Assembly (NCBI GenBank): GCA_024279255.1
Contig: JAJRRT010000009.1
Span: 2,670 to 66,669 of the forward strand
DNA length: 64,000 nucleotides
DNA from: Deltaproteobacteria bacterium
GTDB taxonomy: Bacteria; Desulfobacterota; Desulfuromonadia; Desulfuromonadales; Geopsychrobacteraceae
Direction of reading: 5' to 3'
Of the stretch, positions 10,549-18,905 are shown in pieces. The notes below the pieces were generated by a model. It did not search any database and was not told the DNA's origin. It saw only the letters and a program-made list of their open reading frames with translations. Position numbers and translations under genes: made by a program. Positions within the stretch are counted from its first letter, which is position 1. The number at the start of each line of letters is the position of its first letter.

Positions 10549-11433
10549 CTAGAGAGATTGATCTTCCGCCAATTGCCAGAAGGCCTGCACGCTGGAGCGT
10601 TGCAGGTTACGTTTCGTTGAACAGAGCCCAACCACATAAGGTTCCAGTTGGGGTGCATTTTTAAGGATTTGTACCTCGTCGCGGAATGGACTGCGCTCTA
10701 GAACAAGTTGAGGGACAATGCTGACCCCGCAGCCGAGTCTGACCATCGGAATGATCGCCTCATTCCCAGAGACTTCAGAACTGATATTCGGTGAAATACG
10801 TTTGCTCTTCATCCATTTGTCCAGCCGGCGGCGCGACAGACCGGCTTGCGGCAAGACCAGTGGTGCCTTGGAAAGGTCGAGCTGTCCATCGATGGTTAAC
10901 GCGATAGAATTATCCGGTTGAAGCGGGGCAATAAAGACCAAGGGTGTTGTGGTGATCGGCAAAAATTCGATTTGTGAACGATTCCGATCTGGCAGCGCCG
11001 CCACAGCCAGGTCGATCTCTCCGGTCTGCACCTGATCCACTGCCTGCTCAGCCGTACCGGTGCGCAACTCCAGCTGAACTTCTGGATAAGCACTGCGATA
11101 AGATTCCAGTAGGTTCGGCAACAGGCTGTAGACGGCGGTGATCGAGGCGTAGATTGAGAGGGTGCCGGCAATTGCCTGTTCAGACTTGATTGCCGTATGG
11201 AACTGTTGCCATTCTTGTAATGCTTGACGAGCGTAGATGCGAAATTGTTCTCCAGCCGCAGATAATGAGACGGTCCGGTTGTCACGCAGAAACAGCGGCT
11301 GCTCGACCTGCTCTTCCAGACGCTGAATGGTGCGCGTCAGTGCCGATGCGCTTAGGTTGCAGGCTTGGCTCGCTCGTCCGAAATGGAGTAGCTCGGCAAG
11401 GGTCAGAAATATTTCCAGTTCGCGAGTATCCAT
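10549..11433 (-). CDS. ilvY: LysR-family activator IlvY; start 11433
   Basis: MDTRELEIFLTLAELLHFGRASQACNLSASALTRTIQRLE matches the IlvY N-terminus; AAGGGG RBS; divergent from ilvC. Confidence 0.9.
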   Translation of the reverse strand: MDTRELEIFLTLAELLHFGRASQACNLSASALTRTIQRLEEQVEQPLFLRDNRTVSLSAAGEQFRIYARQALQEWQQFHTAIKSEQAIAGTLSIYASITAVYSLLPNLLESYRSAYPEVQLELRTGTAEQAVDQVQTGEIDLAVAALPDRNRSQIEFLPITTTPLVFIAPLQPDNSIALTIDGQLDLSKAPLVLPQAGLSRRRLDKWMKSKRISPNISSEVSGNEAIIPMVRLGCGVSIVPQLVLERSPFRDEVQILKNAPQLEPYVVGLCSTKRNLQRSSVQAFWQLAEDQSL

Positions 11434-11450
11434 AGCCACCCCTTTGTTTA

Positions 11451-11501
11451 TATTGTGTTTTGCACAACACAGTATGCATAACAAATCAATTTACGCAACA
11501 A
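11451..11501. promoter_or_regulatory. Tandem IlvY operators O1/O2
   Basis: TTGTG-TTTTG-CACAA (11453-11467) and ACAAATCAATTTACGCAACAA (11481-11501); centres 31 bp apart; the second resembles E. coli ilvC O2 as recalled. Confidence 0.6.
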
Positions 11502-11583
11502 TAGAGATGGAGTATGGTGCGAAAGTTGAAAAATTCTCTATGACCACTTTGACTCTTACTTAAAAATACACAGGAGAAAAACC

Positions 11584-13062
11584 ATGGCTGAAAACTATTT
11601 TAATTCGCTCCCATTCGCACAACAACTTCAAGAGCTTGGCACCTGCCGTTTCATGGATTCTGAAGAATTTGCTGGTGGCTGCGAATACGTAAAAGGCAAG
11701 AAAATCGTCATCGTCGGTTGCGGCGCTCAAGGACTGAACCAGGGTTTGAACATGCGTGACAGCGGCCTTGATGTTTCCTACACGCTTCGTGCTGAAGCGA
11801 TCGCTGAAAAGCGTCAGTCATTTCTCAACGCCAGCGAAAATGGTTTTACCGTTGGCAGTTATGAAGAGTTGTTGCCGACCGCTGACATTGTTATGAATCT
11901 GGCTCCGGACAAGCAGCACACTGACGTCGTCAACACCGTTGTGCCACTGATGAAGCAGGGAGCGACTTTTACTTACGCCCACGGTTTCAATATTGTAGAA
12001 GAGGGCACTCAGATCCGTTCTGATCTCACCGTCATCATGGTTGCTCCAAAGTGTCCCGGCTCTGCAGTTCGCGCCGAGTACGTACGTGGTTTTGGCGTAC
12101 CGACCCTGATTGCTGTTCATCGCGAAAACAACCCGAATAATGACGGTTTTGATATTGCGAAGGCGCTCTGTTCAGCTCAAGGTGGCGATCGCGCTGGCGT
12201 CCTGGAATCATCTTTTGTCGCCGAGGTTAAGTCTGACCTGATGGGCGAGCAGACCATCCTCTGCGGTATGCTGCAAGCCGGAGCTCTGCTCTGCTTCGAC
12301 AAAATGACCGAAAATGGTATCGACGCCCCTTACGCCGTTAAGCTGATTCAGTACGGTTGGGAGACCATCACCGAGGCGCTCAAACATGGTGGCATCACCA
12401 ACATGATGGATCGTCTGACCAACCCGGCCAAACTTGAAGCTTTTGAACTGGCCGAGGAGCTCAAAGACATCATGCGTCCGCTGTTCGAAAAGCACATGGA
12501 CGACATCATCTCAGGTGACTTTTCCAAGACCATGATGGCAGACTGGGCCAACGATGATACCAACCTCTTGACCTGGCGTGAGCAGACCGGCCAGACTGTC
12601 TTTGAGAAGACCGAAGCCGCTGGCGAGATCACCGAACAGGAATATTTCGATAAAGGTATCTTGATGGTTGCCATGGTTAAGGCTGGCGTCGAGCTGGCCT
12701 TCGAAACCATGGTGATGTCCGGCATCGAGCCAGAGTCAGCTTACTACGAGTCGCTGCACGAGACGCCGCTGATCGCTAACACCATTGCGCGCAAGAAGCT
12801 CTATGAAATGAACCGGATCATCTCCGATACTGCCGAGTACGGTTGCTACCTGTTCGCGCACGCTTGCGTACCGCTGCTCAAGGATTTCATGGCTGAAGTT
12901 GATACTGACGTCATCGGTAAAGGGCTGGACGTTAAAGATAACGGTATCGACAACCAAACCCTGGTCGAGCTTAACGCTGAAATTCGCGACCATCTGATCG
13001 AAGAAGTTGGACAAGAGTTGCGTGCCGCCATGAACGGCATGCAGTCGATTGCCTCTGCCTGA
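11584..13062 (+). CDS. ilvC: Ketol-acid reductoisomerase, long (class II) form
   Basis: [35 protein letters not shown]; 492 aa with duplicated C-terminal knot domain. Confidence 0.97.
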   Translation: MAENYFNSLPFAQQLQELGTCRFMDSEEFAGGCEYVKGKKIVIVGCGAQGLNQGLNMRDSGLDVSYTLRAEAIAEKRQSFLNASENGFTVGSYEELLPTADIVMNLAPDKQHTDVVNTVVPLMKQGATFTYAHGFNIVEEGTQIRSDLTVIMVAPKCPGSAVRAEYVRGFGVPTLIAVHRENNPNNDGFDIAKALCSAQGGDRAGVLESSFVAEVKSDLMGEQTILCGMLQAGALLCFDKMTENGIDAPYAVKLIQYGWETITEALKHGGITNMMDRLTNPAKLEAFELAEELKDIMRPLFEKHMDDIISGDFSKTMMADWANDDTNLLTWREQTGQTVFEKTEAAGEITEQEYFDKGILMVAMVKAGVELAFETMVMSGIEPESAYYESLHETPLIANTIARKKLYEMNRIISDTAEYGCYLFAHACVPLLKDFMAEVDTDVIGKGLDVKDNGIDNQTLVELNAEIRDHLIEEVGQELRAAMNGMQSIASA

Positions 13063-13081
13063 TTGATCGTTAAATAGTTAA

Positions 13082-13125
13082 AATCTAAAAAAGGACCCCG
13101 TCTCGACGAGGTCCTTTTTTAGATT
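13082..13125. terminator. Bidirectional terminator after ilvC
   Basis: AATCTAAAAAAGGACC/GGTCCTTTTTTAGATT inverted repeat. Confidence 0.85.
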
Positions 13126-13152
13126 CAGGCAGGTGAGCCTGTGCAATCGGGG

Positions 13153-13386
13153 CTAAGCGGACGGCATCTCTTCCGGAATCCTCGTCACCATCACTGGAAT
13201 TTTGGCGTTGTGCAAGATCTTCATCGTCGACGCACCGAGCAGCGCGTCATCCACCCCTTCCTGCAGCATGTAGATTTCAGTCAGATTCTGGTCATTGATA
13301 TCCGGGGGCTCATGGCTGTGGATGATGTGGGTTTTTGCTTCAACTTGTATCGGCCAACAGGTTCCCAGGTTACTGATATACTCTAC
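13153..13386 (-). pseudogene. Possible universal stress protein C-terminal remnant with no start codon
   Basis: Stop-to-stop frame ..QVEAKTHIIHSHEP..DALLGASTMKILHNAKIPVMVTR.. resembles the USP ending LLGS..xKVLxxAxxPVLVV. Confidence 0.4.
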
Positions 13387-13388
13387 CT

Positions 13389-13706
13389 ATGAAGAAACTT
13401 CAGACCTTTGATCTTTGGCAGCGTCCGTTAGCAGGTATGTTCAAGGAATTGCTGAGTGCAGAGGGGGTAGACTGTGTCGTTAAAAACGACCAGCTTTTTG
13501 CAGCCATGGGAGAGATCCCCTTTACGGAGTGTTACCCCGAACTCTGGATCATTGATGATGAAATCTATCCCAGGGCCAGGCTGTTACTCGATAGTTGGCT
13601 GGCAGCGAATGAATCTAACTGCGAAAGCTGGACATGCACGGTCTGTAGTGAGGTTTCAGAGGGACAGTTCGACGTTTGCTGGTCTTGTGGATGCCTGCAT
13701 CCATAG
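13389..13706 (+). CDS. DUF2007 (PII-like) domain protein with C-terminal Cys4 zinc finger
   Basis: KELLSAEGVDCVVKND..GEIPFTECYPELWI; WTCTVC..EGQFDVCWSCG. Confidence 0.75.
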   Translation: MKKLQTFDLWQRPLAGMFKELLSAEGVDCVVKNDQLFAAMGEIPFTECYPELWIIDDEIYPRARLLLDSWLAANESNCESWTCTVCSEVSEGQFDVCWSCGCLHP

Positions 13707-13987
13707 GTGTCAGTTCCTGATATGACATTTCGTTTAAATCAGAAGCCAAGAAAATATTGGATTCTCGTTCTCCTGTAGAGCAACTCCAGAAGTGTGTTGT
13801 GTTGACCGCTTGAACTTATAGCTTTCTTTTTCAACGTTGTTCCCTAGCATTGCGCTGCATATAATCGCATAGTAGCTTGGCAGGGATTGGTTGCATGGTT
13901 CAGACAGGTTCCTCAGGTTTTCCAGGATTCAAAATCATGGCAGCGTTTTAGTGAGTACCTTCAAGGTGTTTTGAAATGATAGGAGCT

Positions 13988-14018
13988 AAAAAAGCCGCCA
14001 AGATAACTCGGCGGCTTT
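13988..14018 (-). terminator. Terminator downstream of the cytochrome c gene
   Basis: AAAAAAGCCGCC/GGCGGCTTT hairpin; T tract on the minus strand. Confidence 0.75.
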
Positions 14019-14047
14019 AAATTTAATGACGGGTTTGTTTATAAACC

Positions 14048-14365
14048 TTACTTCACGTGGCACTCTTTACATTTTGTTGGACCATCAGACTTTTTGTGAC
14101 AGCTCTTGCATTGATCATGGAAGGCTTTCTTTGCCTTCGGAATGCCATCTTTAACGCCATGGCAGCCTGTACATTTAGGGGTTTCGGTTCCCTTGTGGTG
14201 ACATTCTGTGCAATCTGAGATTTTGCTTTGATGTTGTGCGTGAGCGAAGTTTATATCACCTATCTTTGCACTCATCTTGATATTTTTCGGTCCGTTAGCT
14301 GCGATGGCTATCATTGCCGTAGTAGCTACGAATCCAACAACAAGTAAAACGATTAGCTTCTTCAT
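14048..14365 (-). CDS. Periplasmic tetraheme cytochrome c3/c7 family protein
   Basis: Sec signal peptide; four CxxCH (CTECH, CTGCH, CKSCH, CKECH) and four further His; AGGAGG RBS. Confidence 0.93.
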   Translation of the reverse strand: MKKLIVLLVVGFVATTAMIAIAANGPKNIKMSAKIGDINFAHAQHQSKISDCTECHHKGTETPKCTGCHGVKDGIPKAKKAFHDQCKSCHKKSDGPTKCKECHVK

Positions 14366-14550
14366 GCGGATTTTCCTCCTTGACTGAATTGTCGGTAAGA
14401 GTGAACTCCGTGTAGAAGGAGTTCGTTGAACAGGGTTTGTTTGAGCTGCCTTTCTTCAAAAGAATAAGCAAATAGAGACAAAATTCAAGTTAAAAATCTG
14501 TATGCAATATGCCTTTCTGATATGTGAAAAGCATTTAAAAACAGACTGTT

Positions 14551-14581
14551 GCATGGGCTGTTGCATTGCAACAGCCCATGC
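14551..14581. repeat. 31-bp inverted repeat (perfect 15-bp arms, 1-nt centre)
   Basis: GCATGGGCTGTTGCA-T-TGCAACAGCCCATGC. Confidence 0.9.
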
Positions 14582-14774
14582 TCTCGTGAGTATCATGTGA
14601 ACCGCGGAGTTGAGAGCGCAAAAACATTTTCTGATAGTATTCACTCGTGAATGCAACATATGTATGGGGCCGGAATGCTTCTCAAAAAAAATAGTATTTT
14701 TTCTTCTCGCAACTGAATTAAAAGCTTGAGATGATGTTGGCCTTATTCATGATTTTGAAACTGAAAGTATACAA

Positions 14775-16013
14775 ATGAAGAGTTACGATCTGATTGTCGT
14801 CGGTGGTGGTCCCGCCGGAATTTTTGCGGCTGGCTTTGCTGCACAGCAAGGATGCAAGGTTTTGCTGCTTGAAAAAAACCGACGCTGTGGTGCCAAAGTC
14901 CTTATTACAGGTAAGGGTCGGTGTAATATTACCCATGCCGAAGATGACCCTCGGAGCTTTGTTGAAGTCTTTGGCCGCAATGGCAAAGCTTTTTTGACTG
15001 CACTCTATGCTTTTGGTGTCGACAATGTCGTCGATTTTTTTGAGCAAGGTGGGCTCAAATTAAAAATAGAACGTGGTGGTCGTATTTTCCCGGAGGCAGG
15101 AGATGCGGCATCAGTTCAAAAGGTTCTGGATTCTTTCCTTGAGTTAGCTGGAGTTGAATTATTGACCTCTTGTCGTGTTGAGAATTTTAATACCGAAGAT
15201 CAAAAGATCTGTTCAGTTGTGACGACTAAAGGAGTCTTTTCCGCTGACAACTATGTTGTTGCGACAGGTGGGTTGTCTTACCCTGAGACCGGTTGTACTG
15301 GGGATGGTTATGACTGGGCTAAGCAGACTGGTCATCAGGTTGTCACACCGCAACCGGCGTTGGTTCCGATTCGTCTTACGATAGACTGGGCCGCGCAGGT
15401 GAGTAACTTCAATCTCAAAAATGTACGGATCAAAGCCGAGAGCCAGGGCAAAATCATTGCAGAGCGGTTCGGTGAAGCTTTTTTTACACGAGACGGCATT
15501 GGCGGCCCTATTATCCTCGATATGAGTTCTGTTGTGCGTGAGGCTATCAAAAAAGGGAAGGTCAACTTGTTGCTTGATTTGAAACCTGCAGTTGATGAGG
15601 CGACCTTTGATCGGCGCTTGCAACGGGAGCTGGAATCTCAGCAGAATCGAAATTTCTCCAAAGCATTGGATGGATTACTCCCCAAAGCCCTGATTCCTGT
15701 ATTTCTACGTCTCTCACTGATTGATCCATTGAAAAAGTGTCACTCAGTAACGCGAGATGAGCGACAGACCTTGCTCAGCCTCTTCAAAGGGTTGGAGCTG
15801 CCGGTCTCGGCAGTTGCTGGCTTTAAAAAGGCAATAGTGACTTCAGGCGGAGTCTCTTTAAGAGATATTGATATGCGTTCAATGCGCTCGAAAAAGGTTG
15901 AAAATCTCTATTTTGCTGGCGAAATTATTGATCTGGATGGCCCGACTGGTGGTTTCAATCTTCAGGTCTGCTGGTCAACCGGGTACTTGGCAGGAGTCAG
16001 CGCTGCTGGATAA
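14775..16013 (+). CDS. HI0933/YhiN (BaiN-like) flavoprotein oxidoreductase
   Basis: VVGGGPAG, GAKVLITGKGRCNITH, ATGGLSYPETGCTGDG, GPTGGFNLQ. Confidence 0.92.
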   Translation: MKSYDLIVVGGGPAGIFAAGFAAQQGCKVLLLEKNRRCGAKVLITGKGRCNITHAEDDPRSFVEVFGRNGKAFLTALYAFGVDNVVDFFEQGGLKLKIERGGRIFPEAGDAASVQKVLDSFLELAGVELLTSCRVENFNTEDQKICSVVTTKGVFSADNYVVATGGLSYPETGCTGDGYDWAKQTGHQVVTPQPALVPIRLTIDWAAQVSNFNLKNVRIKAESQGKIIAERFGEAFFTRDGIGGPIILDMSSVVREAIKKGKVNLLLDLKPAVDEATFDRRLQRELESQQNRNFSKALDGLLPKALIPVFLRLSLIDPLKKCHSVTRDERQTLLSLFKGLELPVSAVAGFKKAIVTSGGVSLRDIDMRSMRSKKVENLYFAGEIIDLDGPTGGFNLQVCWSTGYLAGVSAAG

Positions 16014-16076
16014 AGGGTCGAGAAAAGAAATCTATACGATTTCTCTGAGACTTATACTGCATGGCTGATGACCAGT

Positions 16077-16116
16077 AAAAAAGAAGCCCCACCGGAAAAT
16101 CCGGCGGGGCTATTTT
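16077..16116. terminator. Bidirectional terminator between convergent genes
   Basis: AGCCCC-ACCGG/CCGG-CGGGGCT stem flanked by A and T tracts. Confidence 0.75.
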
Positions 16117-16141
16117 AATGCAATTATTTAATCGGTGTCGA

Positions 16142-17728
16142 CTATTCGCAAAGGTCGACTTTGATGTCCCAGTTTTTGATCTTCATGGTACCATTCTGAG
16201 CCAGGTTCAACTGCATCTTGAAACAACGATCGAACAGTTGCGGCTCATGACCAACGCCCTTGGCCAGACATTCTTTGGCCGCCATGTCGAAATACTCTTG
16301 AATGATCGGTTTGTACTCAGGATGAACGCATTTGTCGATGATGAGCTGAGCGCGGTCTTTTGGTGCCAGACCACGACAATCGGCCAGACCCTGCTCGGTG
16401 ACTAGAACGTCGAGGTCATGCTCAGTGTGGTCAATATGTGGAGCCTTGGGGACGACGCAGGAGATACCGCGTGGATCGGTTTTCGATGGGCGTGTCGAAG
16501 GTGCGTGCATGATCTTCAGGTAACCGTTACGCAGGAAGTCACCGGAACCGCCGAGACCGTTGATCATCCGGGTGCCGCCAACCAGGGTGGAGTTGGCATG
16601 AGCGTACATGTCAAACTCTACCGGGGTGTTCATGGCGATAACGCCCAGACGCCGGATCGGCTCTGGAGCATTGGAGATCGAGATCGGACGCATCAGGATC
16701 TTATCGGCATATTTTTCCCAGTTGTCAAAGAAACGCGGAAACCCGGACTCTTCGGACAGGGATAACGAACAGGCCGAAGCAAAGTCGAGTTTGCCTGAAT
16801 CGAAGAAGTCGAGCATGGAGTCCTGCAGAACCTCGGTGAAAACGGTGAGGTTCTTGAACGGGCCCTTGGCCAGACCACCGACAACGGCGTTTGCAATCGA
16901 ACCAACCCCCGACTGTAGCGGCAACAGGTTCTCAGGTAGACGACCCTTTTTAACTTCGTGACCGAAGAAATCCATGATGTGGCCAGCGATCGCTTCGGAA
17001 GTGTCATCCATATCACTGAATGCGCGACCTTTGTCACGATGCTTCGATTCGACAATGGCAACAACACGATCGGTATCGATCGGAATATAAGGAGTACCGA
17101 TGCGCGTATCAGCAGCTGTGATCAGCAACGGCTGACGTGCTGGTGGCTTCTCTTGCATCAGGATGTCGTGCAGACCTTCAAAAGAAGGCTGTCCGGTGTT
17201 GACCTCAAGGATGATTTTGTCGGCGACGGTAACCAGTTCAGGCACCAGGCCACAAGAGGAGGTAAGAGCAATTTTGCCATCTTCGGTAATAGCTGAAACT
17301 TCGATGATAGCAACGTCAATGCGACCATTCTCGGTGTAGAATCCGTAACCGAGATCCTGAGCGAAGTGACCGAGGTGCTTGTCACCCATGCGGATTTTAC
17401 CGGTGTTGATCCCTTTGGCAATATCTTTTCCGGTTTGGTATGGCCAGCGACGGTCGATCATGTCGAGCTGTGCCCAACGGTTTTCTGTCTCTGCGCCAGC
17501 AGAAGCACCGACAAACAGGTTGTACTTGGTGGTTCCCTGCAGGTTGTTTTTCTCGACATGATCAGCAAGAGCGATCGGTACAGCTTTTGGATAACCGGCC
17601 GGGGTGAAGCCAGACCAGCCGATGTTCATACCGGGTTTGAAGAATTCAATACATTGTTCAGGTGTCTTGACTTTTTTCAGTAGTGCTTTTCGACGTACGC
17701 GATCTTCCAGTGTTCCGTATTCAGACAT
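16142..17728 (-). CDS. Acetyl-CoA hydrolase/transferase family, probable succinyl-CoA:acetate CoA-transferase; start 17728
   Basis: SGFTPAGYPKAVP, LQSGVGSIANAV, catalytic TEVLQD, NGLGGSGDF; GGAGGAG RBS before MSEYG. Confidence 0.9.
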   Translation of the reverse strand: MSEYGTLEDRVRRKALLKKVKTPEQCIEFFKPGMNIGWSGFTPAGYPKAVPIALADHVEKNNLQGTTKYNLFVGASAGAETENRWAQLDMIDRRWPYQTGKDIAKGINTGKIRMGDKHLGHFAQDLGYGFYTENGRIDVAIIEVSAITEDGKIALTSSCGLVPELVTVADKIILEVNTGQPSFEGLHDILMQEKPPARQPLLITAADTRIGTPYIPIDTDRVVAIVESKHRDKGRAFSDMDDTSEAIAGHIMDFFGHEVKKGRLPENLLPLQSGVGSIANAVVGGLAKGPFKNLTVFTEVLQDSMLDFFDSGKLDFASACSLSLSEESGFPRFFDNWEKYADKILMRPISISNAPEPIRRLGVIAMNTPVEFDMYAHANSTLVGGTRMINGLGGSGDFLRNGYLKIMHAPSTRPSKTDPRGISCVVPKAPHIDHTEHDLDVLVTEQGLADCRGLAPKDRAQLIIDKCVHPEYKPIIQEYFDMAAKECLAKGVGHEPQLFDRCFKMQLNLAQNGTMKIKNWDIKVDLCE

Positions 17729-17933
17729 TCTCTCTCCTCCTCGTGAAAGGCTCCAAAGGTACGATCTCGTACCTGCTGGGAATGGTTTGCTAAAACGGCG
17801 CGAAAGGACCAAGCATGAATCACTAATTATGTTGTAATAAATAGGGAAATTATCTTGTCCGAGCAGGCCTGTTCAGCGCTTTAAAAATGTAGCAAAGTGT
17901 CATTTATAGAATGACGTTATAAGAACGACGTTT

Positions 17934-17962
17934 TTTATATAATGCTGTATACCGCAAGTCAA
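17934..17962 (-). promoter_or_regulatory. Sigma70 promoter of the CoA-transferase gene (about 200-nt leader)
   Basis: Minus strand TTGACT, 17 nt, TATAAA. Confidence 0.6.
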
Positions 17963-18033
17963 GCGAAAAGATAGAATAAGGGGGGATTTATCATTTCTGG
18001 TAATTGTCGCAAATGTTAACCGTTGGACCTCTG

Positions 18034-18073
18034 CAAAAGGCCGCATAGATTCGTTAATCTATGCGGCCTTTTG
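18034..18073 (-). terminator. Terminator after bamD
   Basis: CAAAAGGCCGCATAGATT/AATCTATGCGGCCTTTTG 18-bp stem. Confidence 0.85.
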
Positions 18074-18094
18074 TTTGTTTTAACTTGATTGAAA

Positions 18095-18835
18095 TCAGTA
18101 ATTTTTTTCGAGAATTTTCTGGGATTTTATAATGTATTTGCTGCCCGGAAATTGTTCGAACAGGGTGTTGAATGTGGCTGCGGCTTCTTTTTTCTGTTGC
18201 AGCTTGAGGTAGGCGGTTCCAAGGTAGAAAAAAGCTTCATCCCGGTAATAGTAATTGGGGTATTCTTCCAGAATCCCTCTGAGTCGGTTGATCGCGGCCT
18301 GGTAATTTCCAGTTCGCAGATAAAATCGGCCAACGTAGACCTCGTGTTCTGCCAAGCGGTTACGGGTCCGCTGAATCAGAACGCCGACCTCTTCAATCCG
18401 CTTGTCCTTGGGATAATCTCTGGTTAAGCGACGGAAGGTTTGTAGTGCATTTACTGTTGCGGTTTGATCACGATCTTTACTGAGCATCTGCTTGTAGTAC
18501 GACATTCCCTGAAAGTAGAGGGCATCGGCAAGCCGTTCATCGCGTGGGTGTTCTTTTACAAAAGCAGAATAACTAGCAGCCGCTTCTTCAAAATTATCAG
18601 ATAAATATTGAGCCTCAGCAATTTTCAGTTCCGCGAGTTTATTTAACTCCGGAGAGTAATAGCTGTCACGTACTTTCTTCCAGGAAGCAACAGCATCTTC
18701 GTAGCGGTGTTGGTCAAAGAAGTTCTCCCCCTCTTTAAAATAGTGATCTGCTGTGCGGGGTGGAGGGACGATTGTTGGATCACAGGCCGATAAAAGCATC
18801 AACAGGGAGAGGGATAAAAACAGTAACTTGTACAT
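18095..18835 (-). CDS. bamD: Outer-membrane protein assembly factor BamD
   Basis: Lipobox LLSAC, TPR helices, RDQTAT..AL..F..L...YP, RLAEHE.YVGRFY. Confidence 0.9.
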   Translation of the reverse strand: MYKLLFLSLSLLMLLSACDPTIVPPPRTADHYFKEGENFFDQHRYEDAVASWKKVRDSYYSPELNKLAELKIAEAQYLSDNFEEAAASYSAFVKEHPRDERLADALYFQGMSYYKQMLSKDRDQTATVNALQTFRRLTRDYPKDKRIEEVGVLIQRTRNRLAEHEVYVGRFYLRTGNYQAAINRLRGILEEYPNYYYRDEAFFYLGTAYLKLQQKKEAAATFNTLFEQFPGSKYIIKSQKILEKNY

Positions 18836-18876
18836 ATTTATGACGCCTTGTCTTTTGAGTGCAGAAAATTGCCATG

Positions 18877-18905
18877 AAGCTACGGAATCTTCACCGATTT
18901 GTCAA
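18877..18905 (-). promoter_or_regulatory. Sigma70 promoter of bamD overlapping the upstream stop codon
   Basis: Minus strand TTGACA, 17 nt, TAGCTT. Confidence 0.6.

Noticed and set aside
13141-13392. Plus-strand 83-aa ORF
   Set aside because: No recognisable motif or RBS; it is the exact antisense of a USP-like frame
13710-13985. Intergenic stretch checked for a small gene or sRNA
   Set aside because: Only very short ORFs without RBS or motifs, and no convincing structure apart from the cytochrome terminator
17770-17800. GCAAACCATTC (minus strand) resembling the start of a c-di-GMP-I/GEMM riboswitch
   Set aside because: The GNRA tetraloop, GACGCAAAGCC junction and P2 stem are absent
17945-17952. 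GTATAC in the CoA-transferase promoter spacer as a Geobacter HgtR-type site
   Set aside because: A single hexamer only; the repeated arrangement I recall for such sites is missing
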